Positions 53,539-63,100 are shown, numbered from the stretch's first letter. The stretch is 64,000 nt of DNA from Thermoanaerobaculia bacterium (GCA_038250865.1 JBBSBW010000025.1:11809-75808); one strand, 5' to 3'. Made by a program: numbers and translations. Notes: generated from the sequence alone by a model not told the origin.

Positions 53539-54449
53539 GGAGGGCCGTCCAGGGCCTCTGCCGCCGGTTTCGCGGCGGGCTCGGCAGGTGGCTTCTCCGG
53601 TGTCTTCTCCGGTGTCTTCTCCATTGGGATCGCCCGCTCGACCGCGCTCTCGATCCGCGCCGCCGCGTCGTCCGGATGTTCGATCACGAAACCGTGAGAG
53701 GCACCCGGGACGACCACCAGTTGAGAGCCCGGGATCGCCTTTTGCAGCTCTTCGGAGAGCGGCACGGGAAACGTGACGTCTTTTTCTCCGGCGATGATCG
53801 TAATCGGCGTCACCGGCACGCGGATCTTCGCGAGGTAAGGCGCCAAGTTCATGGTCTCCAACGCGCCGAGGATGGCATCGACTCCCGCGAACCAACCTTT
53901 GGGAAGCGCGGCCACCTGTTTGCGCCGGAGCGGCAGCACCTCCTTGTTCGCCTCGATCCACTCCGGCGAGTAGGTGGTCGGCACGATCGTATCGAGCACC
54001 TTGCCGCCGTCACCTCCCGCCATCCCCTCCTGCGCGAATCGGCGCAGCAGCTTCGTCCCCTCGACGTTTTCGGGGCTCAATCGCGCGGTTGAGTTGAGCG
54101 CGACGACGGAGGCGACCCGATCCGGGTATTCGGCCGCCATCACCAGCGCCACCAGTGAGCCGAACGAGGTCCCGGCGATGTGCGCTTTCCGGATTCCCAA
54201 CTCGTCGAGCGCCGCCACCACGTCGCGCGCGTGGCCGGCGAGATCCTTGGGCGCCGGTGCTTCCGGCGTGATCGGCGATTGGAGCTGGCCGCGGAAGTCG
54301 AGCAGGATCACGCGATATTTGCCGCGCAGCTTCGCGGCCACCGGCTCCCAGTGAAACGTCGTCATCATCCCGCCGTTCAGTAGGACGATCGGGTCGGCGG
54401 CCGGGTCTCCTTGGACGACGTAGTGGATCGCGGGTGGTGCGTCGATCAT
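53535..54449 (-). CDS. Alpha/beta-fold hydrolase
   Basis: IVLLNGGMMTTFHWEPV, nucleophile elbow IAGTSFGSLVAL, ...PGASHGFVIEHPD. Lys/Pro/Glu-rich C-terminal tail. Confidence 0.8.
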   Translation of the reverse strand: MIDAPPAIHYVVQGDPAADPIVLLNGGMMTTFHWEPVAAKLRGKYRVILLDFRGQLQSPITPEAPAPKDLAGHARDVVAALDELGIRKAHIAGTSFGSLVALVMAAEYPDRVASVVALNSTARLSPENVEGTKLLRRFAQEGMAGGDGGKVLDTIVPTTYSPEWIEANKEVLPLRRKQVAALPKGWFAGVDAILGALETMNLAPYLAKIRVPVTPITIIAGEKDVTFPVPLSEELQKAIPGSQLVVVPGASHGFVIEHPDDAAARIESAVERAIPMEKTPEKTPEKPPAEPAAKPAAEALDGPP

Positions 54450-56017
54450 GAGGCTTCTCCTCCGGTCGGATCCTTCAAGTAGCGCTCGCGAAGCTCACCT
54501 TTGACGACCTTGCCGTACGCGGTGCGCGGCAAAGCATCGACGAAGACGAACACGCTTGGATGTTTGTAGCGGGCAAGGCGGCTCCCGAGAAACTCTAACA
54601 GCTCTTCCCGAGTCGGCCGGCGCTCGCCCGCGACCAGGAACGCCACGCCCGCCTCGCCCCATTTTTCGTCCGGCACGCCGATCACCGCGGCGTCGCGCAC
54701 CAGAGGGTGCAGCAGCAGCTCCCCTTCGATCTCGGCCGGATAGACGTTGACACCGCCGCGGATCAGCAGATCCTTGGCGCGCCCGGCAATCGTGTAGAAG
54801 CCGTCCGCGTCGCGCCGAGCGAGGTCGCCGGTCCGCCACCAGCCGTCGGCATCGAGCGCCTCTGCCGTCGCTTGCGGGTTGCCCCAATAGCCGAGGGAGA
54901 CGTGCGGACCGCGAAGGCACAGCTCGCCCACTTCGCCGTCCGCAACCTCGAAGCCTCTCGCATCGATCAGCTTCCCCTCCGTAAATAGTAGCGGCTTGCC
55001 GATCGATCCTGCTTTCGCGATCGACTCCTCGACCGTCATCGTAAAGCAGTTGACCCCCACTTCCGTGAGGCCGTATCCCTGCTTGAACACGATGCCGCGC
55101 TCCTGGTAGCGGTCGATCAGAAAGCGCGGCAGCGGCGCGCCGCCCGAGACCAGCCAGCGCACGCTTGAAAGATCCGCCGTCGCGAAACTCGGGTGTTCGG
55201 AAAGCCGCTCCCAGATCGTCGGCACGCCGAGCACCACGGTGCAACGATTCCGCTCGATCGAGGTCCAGATCTCTCCGGCATCGAACCCCGAATGAAGGAC
55301 AATCGTGCCGCCGATCGTGACGATCGGCACCAGAAACGCGAACAGTCCGCCCGCGTGGTAGAGCGGCAGGAAGATGGGCGTCACGTCGTCCTCGCGCAGC
55401 TGCCAGGAGACGGCCGTGTTATAGCCGTTCCACAGCACCTGGCGGTGCGGGATCATCACGCCCTTCGGCTTGCCCGTGGTGCCGCTGGTGTAGAGGAGCG
55501 CCCAGAGATCTTCGGGCTCGAGCTTTTCCGGCTGGAACGGCGCTTCGGCAAGCGCGGCGATTTCGGCGATTGCAGCCGGGAGGTCGATATCGTCGGGGCG
55601 CGCTTTCGTGTCGGCATCGAGCGCCACCGCGGTGAGCAACGGCGCGAGGTTCGCCAACTCTCGAACGTGCTCGGCGTGGTCGCCGTCGTAGAGCAGGACG
55701 TCGAGGCCGCTGTCTTGGATCACATGGGCGATCTCTGCCGCGGTGAGCCGGGTGCCGATCGGCACCAGCACCGTGCCCGCCTTGGCGCAGGCGAAGAAGA
55801 CGTCGAGGAACTCCACCCGATTGGCGGACAGCAGGCCCACGCGATCGCCTTTTGCGAGGCTGAGTCGCTCGCGCAAAACCCGTGCGGTCTGGTTTGCCCG
55901 GCGATCGAGCGCGGCGTAGGTGAGCCGCTCCGCCCCGGGCGTCTCCGGCACGGTGACCAGCGCGAGCTTCTCCGGCGTCAGCCGGGCGCGCTCACCCAGG
56001 AGATCTCCTGCGATCAC
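54446..56017 (-). CDS. ANL-superfamily AMP-dependent synthetase/ligase (fatty-acyl-CoA ligase / OleC-like)
   Basis: GTG start in a GTGA overlap. A3 YTSGTTGKPKGV, A5 GYGLTEV, A7/A8 WRTGDLARRDADGFYTIAGRAKDLLIRGGVNVYPAEIE, A10 PRTAYGKVVKGEL. The ORF-track N-terminal extension is rejected. Confidence 0.85.
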   Translation of the reverse strand: MIAGDLLGERARLTPEKLALVTVPETPGAERLTYAALDRRANQTARVLRERLSLAKGDRVGLLSANRVEFLDVFFACAKAGTVLVPIGTRLTAAEIAHVIQDSGLDVLLYDGDHAEHVRELANLAPLLTAVALDADTKARPDDIDLPAAIAEIAALAEAPFQPEKLEPEDLWALLYTSGTTGKPKGVMIPHRQVLWNGYNTAVSWQLREDDVTPIFLPLYHAGGLFAFLVPIVTIGGTIVLHSGFDAGEIWTSIERNRCTVVLGVPTIWERLSEHPSFATADLSSVRWLVSGGAPLPRFLIDRYQERGIVFKQGYGLTEVGVNCFTMTVEESIAKAGSIGKPLLFTEGKLIDARGFEVADGEVGELCLRGPHVSLGYWGNPQATAEALDADGWWRTGDLARRDADGFYTIAGRAKDLLIRGGVNVYPAEIEGELLLHPLVRDAAVIGVPDEKWGEAGVAFLVAGERRPTREELLEFLGSRLARYKHPSVFVFVDALPRTAYGKVVKGELRERYLKDPTGGEAS

Positions 56018-56796
56018 GTGCCGATCACCAGACCGCCGTCGACCGAAAGCACGGCGCCGTTGACGAAGCTCGCGGCGTCCGAGGCCAGCCACAGATAAGC
56101 GGCGGCGACCTCTTCGGTGCGGCCGAGGCGGCCCAGAGGGGTCTTTCCCGCGATGCCGTCGATCACCTTCCGCGGCATCTTTTCGACCATCTCGGTGGCG
56201 ATATAGCCGGGGGCCACGGCGTTCACCCGGATGTTGTAGCGGCCCAGCTCTCGCGCCCAGGTGCGGGTCATCGCGATCACGCCCGCCTTGGTCGCCGAGT
56301 AGTTGGTCTGGCCGAAGTTGCCGTAGAGCCCGACGACCGAGCTGGCCGAGAGGATCACCCCGCCGCCCTGCTCGATCATCCCCGGCACCACCGCCCGCGT
56401 GGGCAGGAAGACGCCGCGCAGATTGACCGCCAGCACGGCGTCGAAATCGATCAACGGCATCGATCCCACCAGCGCGCCCTCTTTCCATTTAGCTAGCTGC
56501 GCATCACGGGTGATGCCGGCGTTGTTGATCAATACGTCGATCTGCCCCTCCCGGGAGAGCGCCCGTTCGACCGCCGCGGTCACCTCCGCTTCGAGCGAGA
56601 CGTCCACGCAATCGAAAACCGCCGCGCCGCCCGCCGCTGCGATCTCCGCGACGGCCGCCTCCCCCGCTTCCACCGAGCGATCCCACAGCACCAACCGCGC
56701 GCCCTCGGCAGCGAAGCGCAGCGCCGTGGTCTTGCCGATTCCTGCGGCGCCCCCGGTGACGATCACCACTTTCCCGGCCAGTCCAGTCTCGATCAC
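56014..56796 (-). CDS. Classical short-chain dehydrogenase/reductase (FabG-like)
   Basis: VIVTGGAAGIGKTTALRF (TGxxxGxG), NNAG, YSATKAG (YxxxK), PG..AT. Confidence 0.85.
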   Translation of the reverse strand: MIETGLAGKVVIVTGGAAGIGKTTALRFAAEGARLVLWDRSVEAGEAAVAEIAAAGGAAVFDCVDVSLEAEVTAAVERALSREGQIDVLINNAGITRDAQLAKWKEGALVGSMPLIDFDAVLAVNLRGVFLPTRAVVPGMIEQGGGVILSASSVVGLYGNFGQTNYSATKAGVIAMTRTWARELGRYNIRVNAVAPGYIATEMVEKMPRKVIDGIAGKTPLGRLGRTEEVAAAYLWLASDAASFVNGAVLSVDGGLVIGT

Positions 56797-56869
56797 AAAT
56801 CAATCCTTTGAAGGAAAGGCGAATGCCGCCGCCAACCGCGACGGCATCCGCCGAGATGCAATATAAAGC

Positions 56870-59152
56870 CTAGAAGAACTTGTAGTCGATCGTCGCGAGC
56901 ACCGTCCGCGGCGCGCCGTAGGAGCCGACCAGAATGCCGAGCGCCGGGATGTTGTAGCCGTTGGTCACGTAACCTTTGTCGGCCAGGTTCTTGCCGTTGA
57001 TCCCGAAGCGCCACTTGGCGTTCGGCGACAGCCAGCCGATCGAGGCGTCCCACAGGCTGAACGACGGCTGGATGATCGGCAGCAGCGGCTGGCCCGGACG
57101 GCCGGGGTACGGTCCGCCTTCGTTCGTCAACACCGAGTCGTCGCGATAGGAGACGCCGACCGAACCGGTGATCAGGCCCTTGGAGATCGGGAAACTCAAG
57201 TTGGCGTGGAGTGCGCCGGTGAATTCCGGAGCGTTGGTGATCACCTGGGTGTCGACGAATCCGTCATGGTTCGCATCCAGGAAGTCGTCGGGTTTGGCGG
57301 AGAGGTAGCTGACGTTGCCGACCAGCCGAAGCCAGCTCACCGAATGCGGCGAGCCGTCGAACTCGACCTCGACCCCCTTCATCGTCGCGTCGCCCGCGTT
57401 GATGAAGTTTCCGAAGAAAGCGTCTTCCACTCCGTCGCCGTTCGAGTCGTAGGCGGTGAAGGTACTGACCTGAATATCCTTGTACTTGCCCCAGAACGCC
57501 GCCGTGTTCAACACCAACTGACGATCGAAAAGAACAGTCTTCAAGCCGACCTCGGCGACGTCGAGCACCTCGTCTTTGAACGGCAGCGCCGAGGCGGGAA
57601 AGACCGTCGCCTGAGCGCGGACGTTGAAGCCGCCGCTCTTGAAGCCACGGGAGAGGGTGACGTAGGCGAGCACGTTCGGATTCACCTGATAATCCAATCC
57701 AAGCTTCGGCGCCAGTGAGTTGAAGGTCTCGGTCTTGTCGTAGTTGGATGTCACCGCGTTGACCACGGTGAAGGTGTCGTTGGTGAAACCGCGGTTCAAC
57801 GCGATGCCGTTCTTTTTCTCGCGCGTCGCCCGGAGGCCGAGGTTCAGCCGCAGCTTCGGGTTCAGCTGGTAGCTGCCATCGCCGAAGAGCGCGATCGAAT
57901 CGGTGTTGGTCTCGCCTTCGGTGGTGCCGAAGATCCGGTTCAAGAAGATGTTCTTGACCAGACCGCCCGCCTTGCCCTTGAAGTAATACGCGCCGAATAC
58001 TCCCGTCAGTTTGCCGCCGTCGTCGTAGTTGAGCTGTAGCTCTTCGGAGGTCTGCTTGTCGAAGTAGGTCGCGATGACGTCGGTGATTCGTGCCGGAGTG
58101 GTGTCGAAGTCGATGTTGTTGTCCGAGTCGGACTTGCGATGCGCGGTGATCGACTTGAACTGCCATGGGTCGCTGATCTTCCAACTGACGACGAGCGACG
58201 TACCGTCGGCGTCCGTGCTGTTCTTGGGCGCCAAACCGCTTTCGGTGTCAAAATTGTTCGAGAGCGGCGGGCAGGTGCGGCCGAGGAACAGCGGGCAGAG
58301 GGGGTTCGCCGCCAACCGGCGATAACCTTTCGGTTCCGCGCTGTCTTTGGTTTTATCGTAACTCACCTGGACCTTCACCCGGTCGGAGGCGAGCCAATCG
58401 AGCGCGGCGCGAACCGCCTGGGTGTCTTTGTCCGACACGTCGCGGCCGGTCAGCTGGTTGGTGCCGTAGCCATCGTGCTTCAAGGCGGCGGCGGCGATCT
58501 TCGCGCGCAGCTTGCCGGGGATCAGAGCGCCCGAGACGCTCGCGCGGAAATCTTCGTTCGAAAAGCTACCCGGCGAGATCGACAGCCGGCCGTCCAACTT
58601 GTCGGTCAGCTCGCGGCTCACGTACTTGATGGCCCCGCCGATCGTGTTCTTGCCGTAGAGCGTCCCCTGCGGCCCGCGCAGCACCTCGATCCGCTGCACG
58701 TCGTAGACGTCGAGCAGCGCCCCCTGCGGCCGGGCGATGTACACGTCGTCCAAGTAGAGTCCGACGCCGGGATCGACGCCCCAGAGCGGATCGGCCTGGC
58801 CGATGCCGCGCATGAACGCGGTGAGCGTGGTCGTCTGGTTGCGCCCTTGATAGATCGACAGGTTTGGCACTGAGGATTGCAGCTCGGAGATGTCCGACGC
58901 GGCAGTCTCCTGAAGCGCTTCGCCGCCGACCACGGTGACGGCGACCGGTACCTCTTGTACGTTTTCTTCGCGCTTCCGGGCGGTGACGATGATCTCGTCG
59001 GAGACCGTCGGCGTCTCGTCATCGGCGGCTTTCGCCTCGGGCTTCTCCTCGGCGGCCGGTTCGCCGGCGGGCGCCTGAGCGAGCGCCGGAACGCTCCACA
59101 GAACGAGCCCAGCGAGGATCAAATACATAAAAGACCTAAGTCGACGATTCAT
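56870..59152 (-). CDS. TonB-dependent outer-membrane receptor
   Basis: Signal MNRRLRSFMYLILAGLVLWSVPALA. TonB-box/plug DEIIVTARKREENVQEVPVAV...VLRGPQGTLYGKNTIGGAIKY. C-terminal ...TIDYKFF. ATGA overlap with the TetR stop. Confidence 0.85.
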   Translation of the reverse strand: MNRRLRSFMYLILAGLVLWSVPALAQAPAGEPAAEEKPEAKAADDETPTVSDEIIVTARKREENVQEVPVAVTVVGGEALQETAASDISELQSSVPNLSIYQGRNQTTTLTAFMRGIGQADPLWGVDPGVGLYLDDVYIARPQGALLDVYDVQRIEVLRGPQGTLYGKNTIGGAIKYVSRELTDKLDGRLSISPGSFSNEDFRASVSGALIPGKLRAKIAAAALKHDGYGTNQLTGRDVSDKDTQAVRAALDWLASDRVKVQVSYDKTKDSAEPKGYRRLAANPLCPLFLGRTCPPLSNNFDTESGLAPKNSTDADGTSLVVSWKISDPWQFKSITAHRKSDSDNNIDFDTTPARITDVIATYFDKQTSEELQLNYDDGGKLTGVFGAYYFKGKAGGLVKNIFLNRIFGTTEGETNTDSIALFGDGSYQLNPKLRLNLGLRATREKKNGIALNRGFTNDTFTVVNAVTSNYDKTETFNSLAPKLGLDYQVNPNVLAYVTLSRGFKSGGFNVRAQATVFPASALPFKDEVLDVAEVGLKTVLFDRQLVLNTAAFWGKYKDIQVSTFTAYDSNGDGVEDAFFGNFINAGDATMKGVEVEFDGSPHSVSWLRLVGNVSYLSAKPDDFLDANHDGFVDTQVITNAPEFTGALHANLSFPISKGLITGSVGVSYRDDSVLTNEGGPYPGRPGQPLLPIIQPSFSLWDASIGWLSPNAKWRFGINGKNLADKGYVTNGYNIPALGILVGSYGAPRTVLATIDYKFF

Positions 59153-59841
59153 GACGGACCTCCCTTTTTCGGTCGAAGATTTTTCGCGGCGCCGAGACCT
59201 GCGGGCCGCTTGATTGGATCGATGCGAGGCAGCAGGCCGAGCCTTAGGATGCGGCAAAACTCGGCGACGGCGGTTTTCGAATCGAGGCCGAGGTGCATCG
59301 GCACGCCGAAGCATTTCTCGACCGTGAAGTAATAGAAGAACCAGCGGGTGGCCATCATCACGCCGAACAGCGGGCTCGGCTCGCCCAACTCGCCGCGCTC
59401 CTGGCGCTCTTTCAGGTTGTCCTCGTAGGTGGCGGAGAAACGTTCCGCCATCCGCCGGTAGAACTCGTGGATATGCTTGCCTTTGAACTCGATGACGTCG
59501 ATGTAGATCAAGAGGATCGAATGCGAGTTGCGGTCGACCACCTGTTCGATCGCCGCCGCCAGCTCTTCAAGGTCGTCGGGGAATCGATTCGCGGCAAAGA
59601 CTTTGTTGAGCGGCAGCTCGGGATCGGTCAGCTCCTGCCAGTAGTGATCGATCAAGACCGCGAGGATCTGCTCCTTGCCGCCGAAGTGGTGGTAGAGGTT
59701 GCCCACCGACAGGTTCGACTTCTTGGCGATCTGACGCATCGTGGTGGCGCGAAACCCCTGGCGCGAAAAGAGCGCCAACGCCGCCTTCAATACCTTCTTG
59801 GTCGCCGCGTCGCTGCGGTCAGCCTGGGTTCTTTTGCGCAT
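59149..59841 (-). CDS. TetR/AcrR-family transcriptional regulator
   Basis: MRKRTQADRSDAATKKVLKAALALFSRQGFRATTMRQIAKKSNLSVGNLYHHFGGKEQ is the TetR HTH signature. Confidence 0.8.
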   Translation of the reverse strand: MRKRTQADRSDAATKKVLKAALALFSRQGFRATTMRQIAKKSNLSVGNLYHHFGGKEQILAVLIDHYWQELTDPELPLNKVFAANRFPDDLEELAAAIEQVVDRNSHSILLIYIDVIEFKGKHIHEFYRRMAERFSATYEDNLKERQERGELGEPSPLFGVMMATRWFFYYFTVEKCFGVPMHLGLDSKTAVAEFCRILRLGLLPRIDPIKRPAGLGAAKNLRPKKGGPS

Positions 59842-59921
59842 CGTCCCTCGCGCCTGATTCCCGAACGAACGTTCGGTTTGTTTTGCGCGGATCGTAGGGA
59901 CGCCCCGCCGGCCGGTCAAGC

Positions 59922-59975
59922 CGCACTGCGGCGTAATCTCTTTGGAGTGCGGCGACGCGTCGCCGCTTTCCGAGG
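59922..59975. repeat. REP-like palindromic element, copy d (partial/variant)
   Basis: tttggagtgcggcgacgcgtcgccgctttccgagg shares the ggagtgcg / cgacgcgtcg / ttccgag modules with copies a-c. Confidence 0.55.
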
Positions 59976-60004
59976 ACCGACGAAACTACCGCCGGCAACA
60001 GGCC

Positions 60005-61012
60005 TCAATCGAATAGAAGGAGTCGCTCCTCGATCCACGCCCGTATTTCCGAAGAACACCCGATCCGTTTTAGCACCTGCCGAAACTGCTCCCGGTACCG
60101 CTCCTCGGCCAGGTAGTGATAATGCAAAAGGATCGGCGCCGAGCCCTCCTTGAGCGGCCACGATCGACCGGGGTCGACCAACAGGTGGAGCGGGATGTTG
60201 TACCGCTCATCGTAGAGAACGACGTCGGAAGTCTTACTCCAGATCGCGACGGAGAGTGCGGCCTGGCTCGATCCCCACCACTCGCTCGCCGCACGCCCGA
60301 CGAAACCGGTGGAGGCCAAGATGTCGAGCGCCGCGCCGGCCCACGGCCGCAGCTGGATCGCCCGCGATGCGAAGAAGACCTCCCGCGTCCGTTCAAGAAT
60401 CCCGAGATCGCGCCGGACGACGGAGAGTCCGCCGTTGTAGGAGGCGCGGATCGACACGCCGTCGATCGTCGTCGCCAAGCGCGGCAGGCGGGCGAGGTCG
60501 ATGCCGCCGAACGAGCAGATGCGCGCCCAATAGGCGTCCAGCGGATCGCCCTCGCCGCTCGAAGCCGAGCCTTTGAGGTCGACCGGGCGGACCCCGGCGC
60601 CGGCTCGCGCGAAGACCGGTTCGCCCACCACCACCATGTCGGTATCCAGCAAGACGAGGTAGGGACTGGGAGAGAATCTCTCGGCCCAGGCACCGGCGAC
60701 GATGCGATTGATCGAACCGTAAGCGCTCGCGGTCTCGTTCAGCGGCTCGGCGACATAGGTAACGTCGAGCGCTTCGAGGCGCGACCGGACCGTCCGCCCG
60801 AGCGCGAGATGAGGCCGCGGCGAGATCGCAAGAATCGGAGCGTTCCGGTAACGGCCGCCGAAGGTCCGCAAGCTTTCGCACAAGAGAAGTGCCTGAGGCG
60901 CGAGGCGATTCGCTTCAACGCAGATCAGGAACGAAACCTCGTTCTCTAAGAGCGAGTCGTCGAAACTCGGCGCGGCGATTTCTCTTCCACCTATCATCTT
61001 CGGGTGGAGCAT
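60005..61012 (-). CDS. Hypothetical protein, possibly nucleotide-diphospho-sugar (GT-A-like) transferase fold
   Basis: 335 aa. ...SPYLVLLDTDMVVVGEP contains a DxD-like motif preceded by a hydrophobic strand. Confidence 0.4.
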   Translation of the reverse strand: MLHPKMIGGREIAAPSFDDSLLENEVSFLICVEANRLAPQALLLCESLRTFGGRYRNAPILAISPRPHLALGRTVRSRLEALDVTYVAEPLNETASAYGSINRIVAGAWAERFSPSPYLVLLDTDMVVVGEPVFARAGAGVRPVDLKGSASSGEGDPLDAYWARICSFGGIDLARLPRLATTIDGVSIRASYNGGLSVVRRDLGILERTREVFFASRAIQLRPWAGAALDILASTGFVGRAASEWWGSSQAALSVAIWSKTSDVVLYDERYNIPLHLLVDPGRSWPLKEGSAPILLHYHYLAEERYREQFRQVLKRIGCSSEIRAWIEERLLLFD

Positions 61013-61053
61013 AATCTCGCCCCGCGTCGGGTGGTCCTTTTTCGGAGGAATTC

Positions 61054-62226
61054 ATGTCGTACCCGTTGGTCATCTGCGGCATGCACCGCTCAGGAACCTC
61101 GCTGGTCGCAAGCGTGCTGCAAAAAGCCGGTCTCGCGATCGGCTGCGAGGCGCCGGCCCCCGGTCTTGGCAATCCGCGCGGCCACTTCGAGGACCCGGAT
61201 TTCCTGGAACTGCACGAAGAGATGCTCGCCGCGGAGGGTGAGAGCTGCTTTTCGATCGGCGAAAACTTCGTCCCGCCGGTGGACGGCAAATTCGCCCGGC
61301 GCGCCGAGGAGCTGGTCGCGGAGCGGCGCGCGCTGCCGCTTTGGGGATGGAAGGACCCCCGCACCTGCCTGTTTCTCGATTTCTGGGAAACGATCCTGCC
61401 GGAGGCGCGCTATCTCTTCCTCTACCGCCGCCCGATCGACGTGGCCCTTTCCCTCTGGCGAAGGAACGGCGACCTGGAGCTGCGCGAGGACCCTTGGCGG
61501 ACGATCCGCTCCTGGGAGGCCTACAACCGCCGCCTCCTGGAATTCCGTGACCGCCACCCGGAACGCTGTTTCCTGGCGCAGGTGCCCGCCCTCTCCGCCG
61601 ACCTGGGCGGCTTGGTACACCGCCTGCGCGAAGAGCTTCAACTCCCGCTCGACGCGGTTGCCCTGGCCGAGGTCTACGCCCCCGAAGAGCTGACGCCCCA
61701 GGCACCGTCGAATTCGGCCTGGGAGAGCCTGATCCCCGAGGCCCTGGATTTGTACCGCCGCCTCGATCGGTCCGCGAACCTGGCCGAGCAGAAACCGCCC
61801 GAGGCGGGCGCGGAAATCCCGCCGCCCACCGCCCGCGACCTGGCCCTGCTGCGCGCGAGCGAAACGCTGCTCTACGTGCTGTTGGAAAAATGCGACCGTG
61901 AGGGAACCGCCGCCACGCCCACGCTCGAACAGCGCAAGGCTTACCACCGCATCCGGATGGAGGACGAAGCCGCGGTGGCGCTCGAATTCACCCTGGAGAC
62001 CGGTCCGCCGCAGGTCGGGGAGTTGACCGCCGCCCTACTGCGCGAACGGGAGCGGATCAAGGAGTTGATCGAACACCTGATCGAAGAGCGCGAGCGATGC
62101 GCCGCGGCCGAAGAGCGCGCCGCGGAGCTGGGTCGAACGATCTACGGCATCGAACGGTCGTGGAGCTTCGCCCCGATCCGCGCCTGGTGGTGGCTGAGAA
62201 GCCGAGGGGGCGGGTCGAAAGGGTAA
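61054..62226 (+). CDS. Sulfotransferase-family protein
   Basis: MSYPLVICGMHRSGTSLVASVL is the PAPS 5'-phosphosulfate-binding loop (..RSGT[ST]). Later ...RR..D...S..RRNGD region. 390 aa. Confidence 0.65.
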   Translation: MSYPLVICGMHRSGTSLVASVLQKAGLAIGCEAPAPGLGNPRGHFEDPDFLELHEEMLAAEGESCFSIGENFVPPVDGKFARRAEELVAERRALPLWGWKDPRTCLFLDFWETILPEARYLFLYRRPIDVALSLWRRNGDLELREDPWRTIRSWEAYNRRLLEFRDRHPERCFLAQVPALSADLGGLVHRLREELQLPLDAVALAEVYAPEELTPQAPSNSAWESLIPEALDLYRRLDRSANLAEQKPPEAGAEIPPPTARDLALLRASETLLYVLLEKCDREGTAATPTLEQRKAYHRIRMEDEAAVALEFTLETGPPQVGELTAALLRERERIKELIEHLIEERERCAAAEERAAELGRTIYGIERSWSFAPIRAWWWLRSRGGGSKG

Positions 62227-62371
62227 CGACCGGGGCTCTTCCGCAGGGGACAGAGATTGCAGGAGCGCCGCTTGCCCTCCCCTTCGCTCTGCCTTACCCT
62301 TCCTCGCGACGCCCTCCCCCTAAAAAGTTACGCACCACCGCCGGCCCCCCGGCCTGGAAGGATCTTTTCCA

Positions 62372-62983
62372 ATGAGCGACCTTTCCGAGACGATCGCCGA
62401 AGCGGTAGACAGCGCCGGGGACGACTCCGGCTTCTCCCTAAACTCCGTGATCGCCCTGATGGTGGCTCTGATCGCGACGTTCATGGCGGTCTGCAACATC
62501 AAAGACGGAAACATCTGCCAGACCATGGCGCAACAGCAGGCGAAAGCCGTCGATTCCTGGTCGTATTACCAGGCTAAGAGCATGAAGCAGAACCTCGCGG
62601 AGAGTGTGCTCGACCAACTAACCTTCCAGAAGGAATCCACCGGGGAGCACCTCTCTCCCTCGATCGCGATCCTCCTCGACCAGAAGATCGAGACCTACGC
62701 GGCCAAGGCGAAGAAATACGGCTCGGAAAAGGACGAAATCAAAGCCCAGGCCGAAGCCGCGGAGGCCGAATACGACCGCCTGGGTGTCCACGACGACCAG
62801 TTCGACATTTCCGAAGCCGCTCTTAGCATCGCGATCGCCCTGCTCGGCGTGAGCGCCTTAACCCGCAAGAAATGGCTCGTCTATCTCGCCCTCTTCTTCG
62901 CACTCAGCGGCCTGTTCTTCGGCATGGCCGGCTTCCTGGGCTGGAATTTCCACCCGGAGGCGGTGGCTAAGGTTTTGACGTAG
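62372..62983 (+). CDS. DUF4337-family membrane protein
   Basis: LNSVIALMVALIATFMAVCNIKDGNICQTMAQQQAKAVDSWSYYQAKSMKQNLAE... and C-terminal TM ALSIAIALLGVSALTRKKWLVYLALFFALSGLFFGMAGF. Confidence 0.65.
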   Translation: MSDLSETIAEAVDSAGDDSGFSLNSVIALMVALIATFMAVCNIKDGNICQTMAQQQAKAVDSWSYYQAKSMKQNLAESVLDQLTFQKESTGEHLSPSIAILLDQKIETYAAKAKKYGSEKDEIKAQAEAAEAEYDRLGVHDDQFDISEAALSIAIALLGVSALTRKKWLVYLALFFALSGLFFGMAGFLGWNFHPEAVAKVLT

Positions 62984-63100
62984 AGGCGGTTCTCATTGCA
63001 CCCAAAACGCCGACGAGACGCCGACGGTCCCAGGGAGAGCCTTCCAAGAAGAAACTTCAAGCCCTCCTGAGGCGTAGTTCACCCCAGGAGGGCCTCTGCG

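Noticed and set aside
54446-56488. 680-aa version of the AMP-ligase ORF and 54495..55244 / 52826..53371 antisense ORFs
   Set aside because: The first 157 codons are the SDR gene read out of frame; a GTG at 56017 with a GTGA overlap gives a normal ANL N-terminus. The antisense ORFs are Arg-rich artefacts.
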